A DNA stretch of 64,000 nt from Deltaproteobacteria bacterium. Lineage in GTDB: Bacteria > Myxococcota_A > UBA9160 > SMWR01. Below are positions 9,115 through 20,035 of this stretch, one piece after another (positions within the stretch are counted from its first letter, which is position 1; each line of letters opens with the position of its first letter). Both the position numbers and the translations under genes were made by a program. The stretch covers positions 3,180 through 67,179 of the forward strand of contig JAFDDG010000009.1 of the NCBI GenBank assembly GCA_019310965.1. The letters run 5' to 3'. The notes beneath the pieces are model-generated. The model did not search any database. It saw nothing but the letters and a program-made list of their open reading frames with translations, and was not told where the DNA came from.

Positions 9115-9131
9115 AGCAGGAAGCGTGCCAA
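9115..9131 (-). promoter_or_regulatory. Sigma-54 (-24/-12) promoter
   Basis: TTGGCACGCTTCCTGCT, with GG(9129-9128)-N10-GC(9117-9116); close to consensus TGGCACG-N4-TTGCW. Confidence 0.75.
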
Positions 9132-9265
9132 TTCGAACCGCCACCGCGTCGTGTACGCAAGCCCTCGCCCAGACAGCAGTTTCCGTCGGAGCACGGGGCA
9201 CTGCCCGCCCCGCGGTGTGCAGCCTTCGATTGCGGCTTCGCAGCGCCTGCGCAGCGCCCTGGACG

Positions 9266-10432
9266 ATGACCGCGGGCACTCCTCCGCAATTCCGCAGACT
9301 TGGCGGCACCGCCACCCAGAGCGGCGGTGCCGCCAGAGTTGGCGGACTGGCGATACTGTGGGCCGTCCTGACGCTCGCGAGCTGCAGCAGCGGGCCCGCA
9401 CCGCGAGCGGGCGTCCACGTCGCGAGCGCTCCGGCGCCGAGCCGCGACGAGGCGTATTGCGCCTGGTACGGCGACGCCCGCAACGGCGTCCTCTACTTCG
9501 GGCAAGCGGCGTTCTGGTCGGCGTTTCGCGCGGCCGGCGACGATCCAAGGGCAGACCTGCGGGCCGCAGGGCCGCAGCTGATCGGCCGTTTCGACCTCGC
9601 CGCCGAACGCTTCCTGCCGCCCCTCGACGTCACGACACCCGGAGCCCGCTCGGGTGTGTGGGACGTGCACGCGCACGCGAACCGGCGCGTCTACTTCACG
9701 ACCTTCTACGAGAGCATGGGTGCGGTCGACGTCGCGAGCGGGGCGGTGACGCGGTTTCCCGACCTGGGCCTCGGCTTGAACGAGATCGCCCCCCTGCCCG
9801 ACGGCAACCTGCTGGTGACGCGCTACGGCGCGGCGGCGATCGACGGGGTGGACAGCGGCTCTCTCGTCGTCATCACACCCGACGGCGAGCGCGTGGCAGA
9901 GCACGCGGTCGAGCCGCCGGCCGGCTTCACTGCCGCGCCGAAGACCCCCGCCTGGGATGCCCGGCGCCGCGAGTTCTGGACGACCAACGACCTGATCCCG
10001 CACGACCCCGGCCCGGTGCGGACCGACGCGACTGTTCTCGGCTCCGACGGCGTGCAGCTGCGGCGCATCGCCGAGCCAGAGGTCCAGTTCGTGGCGAGCA
10101 GACCGGGCGGCGGGCTGGTGCGCGTCGAGCATGCCGTTGACGGACTGTGGCTCGTCTCGCCAGACGACGCGGCGCAGCCACGGCTGCTCGACGCGGACTT
10201 CGTCGCAGCGCTCGACTTCGCCCAGGACCTGAAGTTCGCCGCCGCCGGGCGCAGCGTCACCACGCGCTGGAGCGGTTGGCTGCACGTCGCGGCCTCCGAC
10301 GGCTCTGTCCGCTCGCTGCGACTGCCAGCACTCGAGGAGCAGGGCCTCTACTACACCGCCGTGCTCCACGACGAGCGGGTCTGTGCCACCTACTGTGGCG
10401 GCGTGCGGGTGGTGTGCACGGACGCGCCCTGA
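9266..10432 (+). CDS. Hypothetical lipoprotein, probable beta-propeller; start uncertain
   Basis: Hydrophobic segment with LASC lipobox, beta-rich repeats, GC3-biased codons after ~9350. Confidence 0.65.
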   Translation: MTAGTPPQFRRLGGTATQSGGAARVGGLAILWAVLTLASCSSGPAPRAGVHVASAPAPSRDEAYCAWYGDARNGVLYFGQAAFWSAFRAAGDDPRADLRAAGPQLIGRFDLAAERFLPPLDVTTPGARSGVWDVHAHANRRVYFTTFYESMGAVDVASGAVTRFPDLGLGLNEIAPLPDGNLLVTRYGAAAIDGVDSGSLVVITPDGERVAEHAVEPPAGFTAAPKTPAWDARRREFWTTNDLIPHDPGPVRTDATVLGSDGVQLRRIAEPEVQFVASRPGGGLVRVEHAVDGLWLVSPDDAAQPRLLDADFVAALDFAQDLKFAAAGRSVTTRWSGWLHVAASDGSVRSLRLPALEEQGLYYTAVLHDERVCATYCGGVRVVCTDAP

Positions 10433-10456
10433 GGCTTCTGGGGTAAGATCGGCGCG

Positions 10457-11752
10457 ATGTTCGCAGAGCGGCGGCAACGGATGCACGGTGCGATGGGCGA
10501 TGGCGCCATCGCTATCCTCATCGGTGCAAAGCTCGTCACGCGCTCGGCCGACACCGAGTTTCCCTTCCGCCAGGACAGCGATTTCTGGTACCTGACGGGC
10601 TATGCGCACCCGAACGCCGTGGCCGTGCTGCGGACGGACGGCGGACCCGCCTACACGCTCTACGTCGAGCCGCGCGACCCCGCCCGGGAGACCTGGACCG
10701 GCCATCGCCCGGGCACCGAGGGCGCTGTCGCCAAATACGGAGCGGACGAAGCACACGAGCGCGAGCGCTTCCTGCGCGACCTGCCGGAGCTGGTCGCCGC
10801 GGCACGGCGCATCTTCCACGTGCTGGGGCGCAGTGTCGAGATCGATCGCTGCATCACCGAGAGCATCGAAAATCTGCGGCTGCGCTCGCGTCAGGGCGTC
10901 GAACCGCCGGAGGCAATCGTCGACCCGCGCAGCATCGTGCACGAGATGCGGCTCATCAAGACCGCGGCCGAACTCGAGCTGATGCGGCGCGGCGCGGCGA
11001 TCAGCGCCGAGGCGCACGCCGCTGCGGCGGCGCTGGCACACCCCGGTCGCTCCGAATACGAGCTCGAGGCCGCACTCGAATACACTTTCCGCCGCCGCGG
11101 CGCGAGCGGCCCCGCCTACACGACGATCGTCGGCGGCGCGCACAACGCCGCGGTGCTCCACTACATCAAGAACGACTGTGCGCTGGCGAGCGACAGTCTG
11201 GTTCTGATCGACGCAGGCTGCGAATTCGAAGGCTACGCATCGGATGTGACCCGCACGTATCCCGTGGGTGGGCGCTTCACTGGCGCCAGACGCGACGTGT
11301 ACGAGATCGTGTTGGCGGCACAGCTGGCGGCGCTCGACGCCTGCCGGCCGGGTAACACGCTGCCGCAAATCCACGATGCGGCCGTGAAGCAGCTGGTCGA
11401 GGGCCTCATCGCACTCGACGTGCTCTCGGGCGACGCCGACGAGCTGATCAAGAACGAAAGACACCGACCCTACTACATGCACGGCACAAGCCACTGGCTG
11501 GGGCTCGATACGCACGATGCCGGCTCCTACCGAAAGGACGGAGCGCCCCGGGTACTCGAGCCCGGGACGGTTTTCACCGTCGAGCCGGGCCTCTACTTCG
11601 GCGAGGCGGTCGAGGACATCGACGAGCGCCTGCGCGGCATCGGAGTGCGCATCGAAGACAACGTCGTCATCACGGCCGACGGCCACGAGAACCTGAACAG
11701 CGCCATACCCAAGCTACCGGACGACGTGGAGGCGCTGGTTTCGCAGCGCTGA
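10457..11752 (+). CDS. pepP: Xaa-Pro aminopeptidase
   Basis: [38 protein letters not shown] and RIED motifs. Confidence 0.95.
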   Translation: MFAERRQRMHGAMGDGAIAILIGAKLVTRSADTEFPFRQDSDFWYLTGYAHPNAVAVLRTDGGPAYTLYVEPRDPARETWTGHRPGTEGAVAKYGADEAHERERFLRDLPELVAAARRIFHVLGRSVEIDRCITESIENLRLRSRQGVEPPEAIVDPRSIVHEMRLIKTAAELELMRRGAAISAEAHAAAAALAHPGRSEYELEAALEYTFRRRGASGPAYTTIVGGAHNAAVLHYIKNDCALASDSLVLIDAGCEFEGYASDVTRTYPVGGRFTGARRDVYEIVLAAQLAALDACRPGNTLPQIHDAAVKQLVEGLIALDVLSGDADELIKNERHRPYYMHGTSHWLGLDTHDAGSYRKDGAPRVLEPGTVFTVEPGLYFGEAVEDIDERLRGIGVRIEDNVVITADGHENLNSAIPKLPDDVEALVSQR

Positions 11753-11820
11753 CCCCACACGCGTCACCCCACTTCCACTTTCAACCCCGGAAAACGGACC
11801 GGGAACCAGGACGGAGCGAG

Positions 11821-13776
11821 ATGCCTGATATCGAGTCGCTGTTGAAAGAGAATCGCGTCTTCAAACCGAGCAAGGAGTTCGCGAAGGCCGCCAACTGGAG
11901 CAAGAAGCAGATCAAGGAATACCGCTCCTTGGGCGCAGCGAACCCCGAGCGCTTCTGGGCGAAGATGGCGCGGGAGAACATCGACTGGTTCACGCCCTTC
12001 AAGAAGACCCTCGAGTGGAAGCCTCCGTTCGCCAAATGGTTCAGAGGCGGAAAGCTCAACGTCTCCTACAACTGCCTCGACCGACATCTCGAGGGCGATA
12101 ACGCCTGGCGCCGCAACAAGGCCGCCATCATCTGGGAGGGTGAGCCTGGCGATACGCGCATACTCACCTATGCAGAGCTGCATCGCGAAGTCTGCAAGTT
12201 CGCCAACGTGCTCAAACAGCAGGGCGTGAAGAAGGGCGACCGCGTCGCGCTCTACATGCCGATGGTGCCCGAACTCGCCGTAGCGATCCTCGCCTGCACG
12301 CGCATCGGCGCACCGCATTCCGTCGTATTCGGCGGTTTCTCCGCCGAGGCACTGCGCGACCGCATCAACGACGCGGGGGCCAAGCTCGTGGTGACGGCCG
12401 ACGGCGGCTACCGCCGCGGGGCACCCCACGCACTCAAGCCCGCCGTCGACGAGGCGCTCAAGGGCTGCGAGGGCGTCGGCTCCGTCATCGTCGTGCAGCG
12501 CACCGGCGAGGCCACCGAGATGCAGGCGGGCCGCGATCTCTGGTGGCACGAGCTGATGGAAGGCGCGAGTGCCAAGTGCGCGCCGGCCAAGCTCGACGCC
12601 GAGCACCCGCTCTTCATCCTCTACACCAGCGGCACCACCGGCAAGCCGAAGGGCATCCTGCACACAACCGGCGGCTATCTCACCCACGTGACGACCACCG
12701 CAAAGGCGATCTTCGATCTCAAGGACAGCGACACCTACTGGTGCACCGCCGACATCGGCTGGATCACCGGCCACAGCTACGTCATCTACGGCATCCTCGC
12801 GAACGGTGCGACGACGTTGATGTACGAGGGAACGCCCACGTATCCGGCGCCGGATCGTTTCTGGGACATCATCGAGCGTTGGGGAGTCACCATCTTCTAC
12901 ACAGCGCCGACGGCGATCCGCACCTTCGTGCGGCTCGGCGACGAGTACCCGAAGCAGCACGATCTCTCGTCGCTGCGCCTGCTCGGCACCGTCGGCGAGC
13001 CGATCAATCCCGAGGCCTGGATGTGGTACCACCGCGTGATCGGCGGCCGGCGCTGCCCCATCGTCGACACCTGGTGGCAGACCGAGACGGGCGGAATCAT
13101 GATTTCGCCACTCGCCGCTGGCGTCGAGACGAAGCCGGGCTCCGCAACCCTGCCCTTCCCCGGCATTCACGCCGCCGTCTACGACGATTCCGGTGCATCG
13201 GTAAAGCCGCCGAACGGCGGCTTCCTGGTGCTCGAGAAGCCGTGGCCCGGCATGCTGCGCGGAATCTGGGGTGACCCTCAGCGCTACAAGGAGACCTACT
13301 GGGGCACATACGACAAGAAGTACTTCGCCGGCGACGGCGCGCACCGAGACAAGGACGGCTATTTCTGGATCATGGGCCGCATCGATGATGTGATGAACAT
13401 CTCGGGGCATCGCATCGGTACGATGGAGGTGGAGAGCGCGCTGGTGTCACATCGCGATGTCGCCGAGTCGGCCGTGGTCGGGCGGCCGGACGAGATCACC
13501 GGCACGGCGATCGTCGCATTCGTGACGCCGAAAAGCGGCATCGACTCCGGACCGGCGCTTACCCAGGAACTGCGCGCCCACGTAACAAAGCAGATCGGCG
13601 CCATCGCAAAGCCAGCGGAGATCCGTTTCACGGATGCACTGCCGAAGACACGCTCGGGCAAGATCATGCGGCGCTTGCTGCGCGACATCGCCTCCGGCAA
13701 GGAAGCAATAGGCGACACGACGACCCTCGAGGACTACAGCGTGCTCGCAAAGCTCCGGGAATCCGACGACGGCTAG
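11821..13776 (+). CDS. acs: Acetyl-CoA synthetase
   Basis: [20 protein letters not shown] and [12 protein letters not shown] motifs. Confidence 0.97.
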   Translation: MPDIESLLKENRVFKPSKEFAKAANWSKKQIKEYRSLGAANPERFWAKMARENIDWFTPFKKTLEWKPPFAKWFRGGKLNVSYNCLDRHLEGDNAWRRNKAAIIWEGEPGDTRILTYAELHREVCKFANVLKQQGVKKGDRVALYMPMVPELAVAILACTRIGAPHSVVFGGFSAEALRDRINDAGAKLVVTADGGYRRGAPHALKPAVDEALKGCEGVGSVIVVQRTGEATEMQAGRDLWWHELMEGASAKCAPAKLDAEHPLFILYTSGTTGKPKGILHTTGGYLTHVTTTAKAIFDLKDSDTYWCTADIGWITGHSYVIYGILANGATTLMYEGTPTYPAPDRFWDIIERWGVTIFYTAPTAIRTFVRLGDEYPKQHDLSSLRLLGTVGEPINPEAWMWYHRVIGGRRCPIVDTWWQTETGGIMISPLAAGVETKPGSATLPFPGIHAAVYDDSGASVKPPNGGFLVLEKPWPGMLRGIWGDPQRYKETYWGTYDKKYFAGDGAHRDKDGYFWIMGRIDDVMNISGHRIGTMEVESALVSHRDVAESAVVGRPDEITGTAIVAFVTPKSGIDSGPALTQELRAHVTKQIGAIAKPAEIRFTDALPKTRSGKIMRRLLRDIASGKEAIGDTTTLEDYSVLAKLRESDDG

Positions 13777-13880
13777 CCAAGCAGCCCCAAACGCCGCGCG
13801 CAGCGTCCCCTACGTGTGAAGTGCTTCATAGGCACTCCTCCGCCCGCGACCGATCCTTCGGTCCATAGGAGGGAAGAGTG

Positions 13881-14138
13881 ATGAAGAGCAATCGCGCCAT
13901 TGCATCCGCGGTCGCTGCCCTGCTGTTCGGACTTCCCGGAAACACCCGGGCGACAGAGCCCGAAGCAGAAACGGACGCTGCTCGGCCGGCGGAGGGGGAA
14001 ATGGCCGAAGAGGACGAAGCGGTCGCCTGCGAAGAGTTCTGCTGGCCGAGCGAGATCCCCGTCTACGTGCCGCCCAGCCGCGGATCCACCGCGATCCGCA
14101 TCGGGGGCGGCACGCGTGGCGGTGGTTTCCGGAGCTGA
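13881..14138 (+). CDS. Small secreted hypothetical protein with a DUF928-like GGGTRG motif
   Basis: Strong RBS (AGGAGG), signal peptide, PVYVPPSRG..RIGGGTRG. Confidence 0.55.
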   Translation: MKSNRAIASAVAALLFGLPGNTRATEPEAETDAARPAEGEMAEEDEAVACEEFCWPSEIPVYVPPSRGSTAIRIGGGTRGGGFRS

Positions 14139-14318
14139 GCTGGCCCTTCGGGGGCAGGCCGGGAGCTGACGCAGCTGTTCCTCGGGGGACGCGTGGTGCC
14201 AGGACCCACCGACAGGCTGGGTGTGGTCTAGGAGCTCGTCGCGGCCCCAGCATGAAGCGTGGCTCGAACAATCCCCGCCGAAAAGTTGCGGGCCTGGGAA
14301 ATCGCCGCGCGGAGAGAG

Positions 14319-14927
14319 CTAGGCGGCTTCGAGTCCTGCCGGATTGCTGCCGCGGCGGCCGAGATGCCAGGTGCCATCGACGGCACAGGAGACGCCGATA
14401 CACGCGCCGAGCTGCGGCTGGCCGTCCTCGAGCGTCGAGCCGAGCAGCTCCTCCGCGATGGTGCGCACGGTGCCCTTGTGGGCGACCACCAACACGCTGG
14501 TCGCGCCACTCTGCTGCAGGCCTTGAAGCCCCTCGAGCGTGCGCTCGCGGAACCCGGCACGCGTCTCGCCTCCCGGAAAGTCGAACTCCGCGGCCCCGGC
14601 CTGCCACAGCTCGTGCAGCTGCGGATCGGCCGCGGCGATCTCCTCCTTGGTGAGGCCTTCCCAGCGACCGAAGTCGATCTCGCGGAAGCGCGGCTCGAGC
14701 CGCACCGGCGCGCCGCCGCTCACGATCCAGGCCGCTTCCCAGGAGCGGCGCAGCGAACTCGCCACGACCAGGTCGAAGCACTCCCGGGTGAGGCTCTTCG
14801 CAACCTCGCGCATCCGAGCGCGACCCGCGTCCGAGAGCGGCACATCAGTGGCACCGTGGTAGCGGGTACTCGACTCGCCGGTGGTCTCGCCGTGACGCAC
14901 GCAAACGATGCGGCGAAGCTTCGACAT
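14319..14927 (-). CDS. Histidine phosphatase family protein
   Basis: RHGET, EIDFGRWEG, FPGGE and VVAHKG motifs; GGAGG RBS before ATG 14927. Confidence 0.9.
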   Translation of the reverse strand: MSKLRRIVCVRHGETTGESSTRYHGATDVPLSDAGRARMREVAKSLTRECFDLVVASSLRRSWEAAWIVSGGAPVRLEPRFREIDFGRWEGLTKEEIAAADPQLHELWQAGAAEFDFPGGETRAGFRERTLEGLQGLQQSGATSVLVVAHKGTVRTIAEELLGSTLEDGQPQLGACIGVSCAVDGTWHLGRRGSNPAGLEAA

Positions 14928-15116
14928 ATTGCCTCCAAGATGGACTAGGCCCGCAAGCTCTGGACTCACAGGCGGGAAGAGCGGGAATGGAGCTGCGACG
15001 GCCGGCAAAGAGCCGGCCAAGAACAGGCAGGCGGGAGGATCGCGCTCGTCAGGCGCGGCGTCAATGCGACGCCCTGCGGTAGAATCGCACTTCGCGCTGA
15101 CGAGGGGGGGTGTCGC

Positions 15117-16457
15117 GTGACCATTCGAGGCTGGCTCGTCATTCTGCTGCTGATCCTCGTGGGGGTCGGCGGCACGTTCGCCTGGCTGCGCTTCGAGAGC
15201 GAGGCACCACAGATCGCCGGACCGGAGAGTGTGGTGCTCGGTGGCCAGGGCGGCAACGTCGCACTCGAGCTTTCCGATGCCGGCGCCGGCCTGCGCTCGG
15301 TGCAGGTCGTGCTGCTCCACGCCGCCGGCGAACTCGACCTGCTGTCGGAGAGCTACCCGGGCAGCACCACCCAGGGCGCCCAGGCCGGCAAGATTCCGGT
15401 GAGCCTGGAGATTGCGATCGAGCCCGACGCACTGCCGAGGGCGGTAACCGAAGCCTTCCTGCGGGTGCGCGTGCGCGATTGGTCGCTGCGCGACAGCCTG
15501 CGCGGCAACCTGGCCGAGCTGAAGGTGCCGATCAGCATCGATCGACGACCGCCGCGGGTGGCGATCACCACCGGCCTCACCTACGTGCGGCGGGGCGGAT
15601 CCGGCGTCGTGCGCTATGAGCTCGACGAGGAGACCGCGCGTGACGGTGTGCAAGTGGGAGAGACCTTCTTTCCCGGCTACGAGATGAACGGCAGCCGCGT
15701 GGCCTTCTACGCCATCCCGACCGACACGCCGGACTCCCCGGAGCTGCGCGTGATCGCCGAGGACACGGCGGGCAACGTGGCAAGGGCGCGCTGGCCGGTC
15801 GTGGTGAAGGAGCGCGTGCTGCCCGTGGCCAACGTCACTCTGCCGCCCTCTTTCCTCGACACGACCGTCCCCGATCTCGCAGCCTCCGTGGGCATCGACG
15901 CCAGCGACCCGACGGCAGCCTTTGCGCAGATCAACACCGAGCTGCGCGCGGCCAACGAGCGGACGATTCGCGAGGCGTTGGCGGAATCCGCGCCCGAGCG
16001 TCTGTGGCAAGGCGCCTTCTCGCAGCTCGCCAACTCGAAGGTGACGAGCCGCTTCGCCGAGCGGCGCACCTATTTCGTGGGGGGGCAGCCGGTCTCGAAG
16101 GCGACCCACTTCGGCTACGACCTGGCCTCCACGCGTGCGGCGCCAATCGGCGCGGCCGCGCGCGGGCGCGTCGCCTTCGCCGACGAACTCGGTATCTACG
16201 GCAATTGCGTGCTCCTCGATCACGGACTCGGGCTGGCTTCACTCTACGGCCACCTCTCCCGGCTCGACGTGCAGGCGGGGGACAGCGTCGAGGCCGGCCA
16301 GAGCCTCGGGCTGTCGGGCGCCACCGGGCTCGCCGGCGGCGACCACCTGCACTTTGCGGTTCTCATCGGAGAGGCCTACGTCGACCCGATCGAGTGGTGG
16401 GACGAGAAATGGGTGCGCGAAAACATCGAGGCGCGACTCCCGACGCCGGCGCCCTGA
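15117..16457 (+). CDS. M23 family metallopeptidase
   Basis: N-terminal TM; HFGYD, YGHLS and HLHF motifs. Confidence 0.9.
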   Translation: MTIRGWLVILLLILVGVGGTFAWLRFESEAPQIAGPESVVLGGQGGNVALELSDAGAGLRSVQVVLLHAAGELDLLSESYPGSTTQGAQAGKIPVSLEIAIEPDALPRAVTEAFLRVRVRDWSLRDSLRGNLAELKVPISIDRRPPRVAITTGLTYVRRGGSGVVRYELDEETARDGVQVGETFFPGYEMNGSRVAFYAIPTDTPDSPELRVIAEDTAGNVARARWPVVVKERVLPVANVTLPPSFLDTTVPDLAASVGIDASDPTAAFAQINTELRAANERTIREALAESAPERLWQGAFSQLANSKVTSRFAERRTYFVGGQPVSKATHFGYDLASTRAAPIGAAARGRVAFADELGIYGNCVLLDHGLGLASLYGHLSRLDVQAGDSVEAGQSLGLSGATGLAGGDHLHFAVLIGEAYVDPIEWWDEKWVRENIEARLPTPAP

Positions 16458-16495
16458 CACGCGCCTGCACTGCGCACGCGCCGCCGCCGCGCAAC

Positions 16496-17215
16496 GTGAC
16501 CACCGCGGGCGTCGCCCTCGACACGCCCATCACGGGCCGCCTGCTGCGGCGCTACAAGCGCTTTCTCGCAGACATCGAGACCGACACCGGCGAAGAGCTC
16601 ACCGTGCACTGCCCCGACCCGGGAAGCATGCGGGGCACAGCGCGGCCCGGAGCAAGGGTGCGTTGCTCGACCAGCGAAAACCCCAAGCGCAAGCTGCCAC
16701 ACACTCTCGAGATGCTGCGCGTCGGACGCACCTGGGTGGGAGTGAACACCGGGCGCGCGAATGCGGTGGCGGCGCGCGCCCTGGCCGCCGGCTGCCTGCG
16801 AGAGCTCTCGGGCTACCGCCTGCGCGAGAACGAAGTGGTGGCAGAGCCGGGCTCGCGACTCGACTTCCGGCTGAGCAATCACCCCCGCGACCCGCGACCC
16901 GCGTGGCTGGAGGTGAAGAGCGTCACGTTGACCGACGGGGGCCGAGTCGGGTTGTTTCCCGACGCCATCACGTCGCGGGGCAAGCGACACCTCGAAGTAT
17001 TGACGCGACGGAAAAACGAGGGTGCCCGAGCCGCATTGCTCTTTCTGGTGCAGCGAGCGGATTGTGCATGCGTGGCGCCGGCCGACACCATCGACCCCGC
17101 CTACGGCGAGGCCCTGCGCGCGGCCGCCGCAGCCGGTGTCGAGCTCTACGCCCTGGGTGCGCGGATCACGGGACGGGCCATTCGCGTCGAGAGGCGCCTG
17201 CCCGTGTTGTTGTGA
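16496..17215 (+). CDS. sfsA: DNA/RNA nuclease SfsA
   Basis: RRYKRFLAD, HCPDPGSM, EVKSVTL and FPDAITSRGKRHL motifs. Confidence 0.93.
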   Translation: MTTAGVALDTPITGRLLRRYKRFLADIETDTGEELTVHCPDPGSMRGTARPGARVRCSTSENPKRKLPHTLEMLRVGRTWVGVNTGRANAVAARALAAGCLRELSGYRLRENEVVAEPGSRLDFRLSNHPRDPRPAWLEVKSVTLTDGGRVGLFPDAITSRGKRHLEVLTRRKNEGARAALLFLVQRADCACVAPADTIDPAYGEALRAAAAAGVELYALGARITGRAIRVERRLPVLL

Positions 17216-18285
17216 AGACCACGCGCCGACTTCTGCTCCGATGGTACCGTGAGAATCGCCGCGATCTCCCGTGGCGGCGCACGCGCGACCCCTACGCCAT
17301 CTGGATCTCCGAGGCGATGCTCCAGCAGACGCGCGTCGAAACCGTGATCCCGTACTTCGAGCGCTTCCTGGAGCGCTTTCCGAACGTGTTCGCCCTGGCG
17401 GGTGCCGACGCCGACGACCTGTTGGGCGTGTGGGCGGGGCTCGGCTACTACTCGCGCGCGCGCAATCTGCAGAAAGCCGCCAAGATCGTCGTCGAGGAGC
17501 ACGAGGGCCGGCTGCCGGGCAGCGCCGAGGCTCTGCGAGAGCTGCCCGGTATCGGGCGCTACACGGCGGGTGCGGTGGCATCGATCGCCTTCGACCGGCC
17601 CGAGGCGATCGTCGACGGCAATGTGGCGCGGGTGCTGGCTCGCCTGCTCGAGATTCGCGAAGACATCAAGTCGCCGCCCACTCGGCAACGGCTCTGGGAC
17701 GAAGCCGCGGCGCTGGCCCAGGGCCCTGATCCCGGAGATCTGAACCAGGCGCTGATGGAGCTCGGCGCCACCATCTGCACGCCCAGATCGCCGAGCTGCG
17801 GCGTGTGTCCGCTGCGACGGCGCTGCGCGGGCCTGGCGGCGGGCGACCCCGAGAGCCTGCCCGTGAAGACCCGAAAGGCGCAGCCCCGAGCCGTCGAGGG
17901 CGTGGCGGGCTGGGTGACGCGGCGGGGCAAAGCGCTGGCGGTACGACGCCCGCCGTACGGACTGCTCGGCGGGCTCTGGGAGCTGCCTGGCGGCGAGCTC
18001 TCCAGCAAGGAGGCGCCCGAGGCGGGCATGCTGCGCGCACTGCGCGAAGGCGTTGGCCTGCGCACAGCCGCTGCCGAGCGCCTCGGCAGCATCGACCACA
18101 CCTTCAGCCACCGCCGATTGCGGCTGCACGTCTTTCGGTGCGACACTGCCGTGGGTCGCGTGCGGCTCGACGGCTTCGACGCGCACCGCTGGGTTGCGCC
18201 GACCGCCGTGGTGGAGCTACCCCATGGCGCCCCGACGCGGAAGGCCCTCGGCCTGCTCGCCCGGAGCGAGACGAGTTCGATATGA
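17212..18285 (+). CDS. mutY: A/G-specific adenine glycosylase
   Basis: WISEAMLQQT, LGYYSRARNL, HhH LPGIGRYTA and a C-x6-C-x2-C-x5-C Fe-S motif; GTGA overlap with sfsA. Confidence 0.95.
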   Translation: MKTTRRLLLRWYRENRRDLPWRRTRDPYAIWISEAMLQQTRVETVIPYFERFLERFPNVFALAGADADDLLGVWAGLGYYSRARNLQKAAKIVVEEHEGRLPGSAEALRELPGIGRYTAGAVASIAFDRPEAIVDGNVARVLARLLEIREDIKSPPTRQRLWDEAAALAQGPDPGDLNQALMELGATICTPRSPSCGVCPLRRRCAGLAAGDPESLPVKTRKAQPRAVEGVAGWVTRRGKALAVRRPPYGLLGGLWELPGGELSSKEAPEAGMLRALREGVGLRTAAAERLGSIDHTFSHRRLRLHVFRCDTAVGRVRLDGFDAHRWVAPTAVVELPHGAPTRKALGLLARSETSSI

Positions 18286-18797
18286 GCGGTACCGAAGGCA
18301 ATGACGAGAATTCGGAGTTTCGAGAGGCCATGGGTGACGTGAACCCCGTTGCAGATCGCGACAAGCTGGCGCGGCCCAAGACCATCCGTCGCCGGCGCAA
18401 GCCGCGGCCCGACGAAACGACCGAGGCTGTGGCCTTTGAGATCGATCGCATCGGCGAGCGCCACGAGGGCATCGCTCCGGGCGTCGACCACGGGCTGCTG
18501 CGCAGGCTGCGCAACGGAGAGATCCAGCGCGACGCCAAACTCGACCTGCACGGCCTCGACGCCGTGTCGGCGCGACGCCGGGTGCACGAGAAGCTCGCCG
18601 AAGTGCATGCGGCGGGCGGCCGCTGCGTGCTGGTGGTCCACGGCAAGGGCAACCGCTCGACCGCGGGCCCGGTGCTGAAGGACGCCCTGCCGGTCTGGCT
18701 GGCGGAGCCCGCCCTCGCGCCGACCGTACAGGCGTTCGCCAGCGCCACGGGAGGAGACGGCGGCGTCGGCGCCACCTACGTGCTGCTGAGGGGCTGA
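18282..18797 (+). CDS. Smr/MutS2-domain protein
   Basis: LDLHGL, VVHGKG and GGVGATYVLL motifs. Confidence 0.9.
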   Translation: MSGTEGNDENSEFREAMGDVNPVADRDKLARPKTIRRRRKPRPDETTEAVAFEIDRIGERHEGIAPGVDHGLLRRLRNGEIQRDAKLDLHGLDAVSARRRVHEKLAEVHAAGGRCVLVVHGKGNRSTAGPVLKDALPVWLAEPALAPTVQAFASATGGDGGVGATYVLLRG

Positions 18798-18848
18798 GGC
18801 ACGCCGCACCGACCCGGGGCGGCGAACGGTTCGGTATCCTCGCCAGCC

Positions 18849-19946
18849 ATGAGCAGCGGCCTCGGACACAGCTTCCGCATCGAGACGTTTGGCGAGAGCC
18901 ACGGTGGCGGCGTCGGCGTGGTGGTGGACGGATGTCCGCCGCGGCTGCCGATCAGCGAGGCCGATATCCAGCGCGATCTCGATCGGCGCAAGCCCGGCCA
19001 GAGCCGGCTCACCACGCCACGCGACGAAGCGGACAAGGTGGAACTTCTCTCCGGCGTCTTCGAGGGCCACAGCATCGGCTCGCCCATCGCCATGCTGGTG
19101 CGCAACAAAGACGCACGGCCCTCGGCCTACGAGCACATGAAGGACGTCTACCGGCCTTCGCACGCCGACTTCACCACCGAGGCGAAGTACGGCATCCGCA
19201 ACTGGCAGGGCGGCGGGCGGGCGAGTGCGCGCGAGACCATCGGCCGCGTGGCGGCGGGCGCCATCGCGCGCAAGCTGCTGGCGACGGTCGCGGACGTCGA
19301 AGTGCTGGCCTGGGTTCAGCGGGTGCAGGAGATCGAGGCCAAGCTCGACGCGAGCAGCGTCAGCCTGGCAGCGGTGGAAGACAATATGGTGCGCTGCCCC
19401 GATCCGGGTGCGGCGGCCGAGATGACCCGCGCCATCGACGCCGCGCGCGCGCGCGGCGACTCGCTCGGCGGTGTGGTGGAGTGCGTGGCGCGGGGCGTTC
19501 CCGCCGGCCTCGGCGAGCCGGTCTTCCACAAGCTGGAGGCAGAGCTGGCGGGCGCCCTGATGTCGCTGCCCGCATCGAAGGGCTTCGAGATCGGCAGCGG
19601 CTTCGACGGCGCGCGCATGACGGGCAGCGAGCACAACGACCCGTTCATCCCCGGGCCCGACGGCGTGCCCCGTACCGCGTCGAATCGCTCGGGCGGGGTT
19701 CAGGGCGGCATCAGCAACGGTGAAGACATCGTCGTGCGCGTGGCCTTCAAGCCGACCGCGACGATCTCACAGCAGCAGGAGACGGTGACGACCGGCGGTG
19801 AGCCCACGACGCTCTCGGCCCAGGGCCGTCACGACCCCTGCGTGTTGCCACGGGCGGTGCCGATGGTGGAGGCCATGGTGTGCCTGGTGCTTGCCGATCA
19901 GTGGTTGCGCCAACGTGGCGTCGACGTACTGCCGCCGCTCGGCTGA
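18849..19946 (+). CDS. aroC: Chorismate synthase
   Basis: [25 protein letters not shown] and GRHDPC motifs. Confidence 0.97.
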   Translation: MSSGLGHSFRIETFGESHGGGVGVVVDGCPPRLPISEADIQRDLDRRKPGQSRLTTPRDEADKVELLSGVFEGHSIGSPIAMLVRNKDARPSAYEHMKDVYRPSHADFTTEAKYGIRNWQGGGRASARETIGRVAAGAIARKLLATVADVEVLAWVQRVQEIEAKLDASSVSLAAVEDNMVRCPDPGAAAEMTRAIDAARARGDSLGGVVECVARGVPAGLGEPVFHKLEAELAGALMSLPASKGFEIGSGFDGARMTGSEHNDPFIPGPDGVPRTASNRSGGVQGGISNGEDIVVRVAFKPTATISQQQETVTTGGEPTTLSAQGRHDPCVLPRAVPMVEAMVCLVLADQWLRQRGVDVLPPLG

Positions 19947-20035
19947 CCCACGCAGCGCGAGCCCCGACTAGCGGGACTCTTCACCTTCCGGATCGTTCCG
20001 GAGGCGTGGGGAGAGGGGCGAGGGGGCGGCGCGGC

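Noticed and set aside
8648-11686. 1012-aa minus-strand ORF and many similar long antisense or alternate-frame ORFs (e.g. 11764-13410, 24968-26872, 33311-35746)
   Set aside because: Shadow ORFs produced by high GC3 opposite clear genes; they contain no recognisable motifs.
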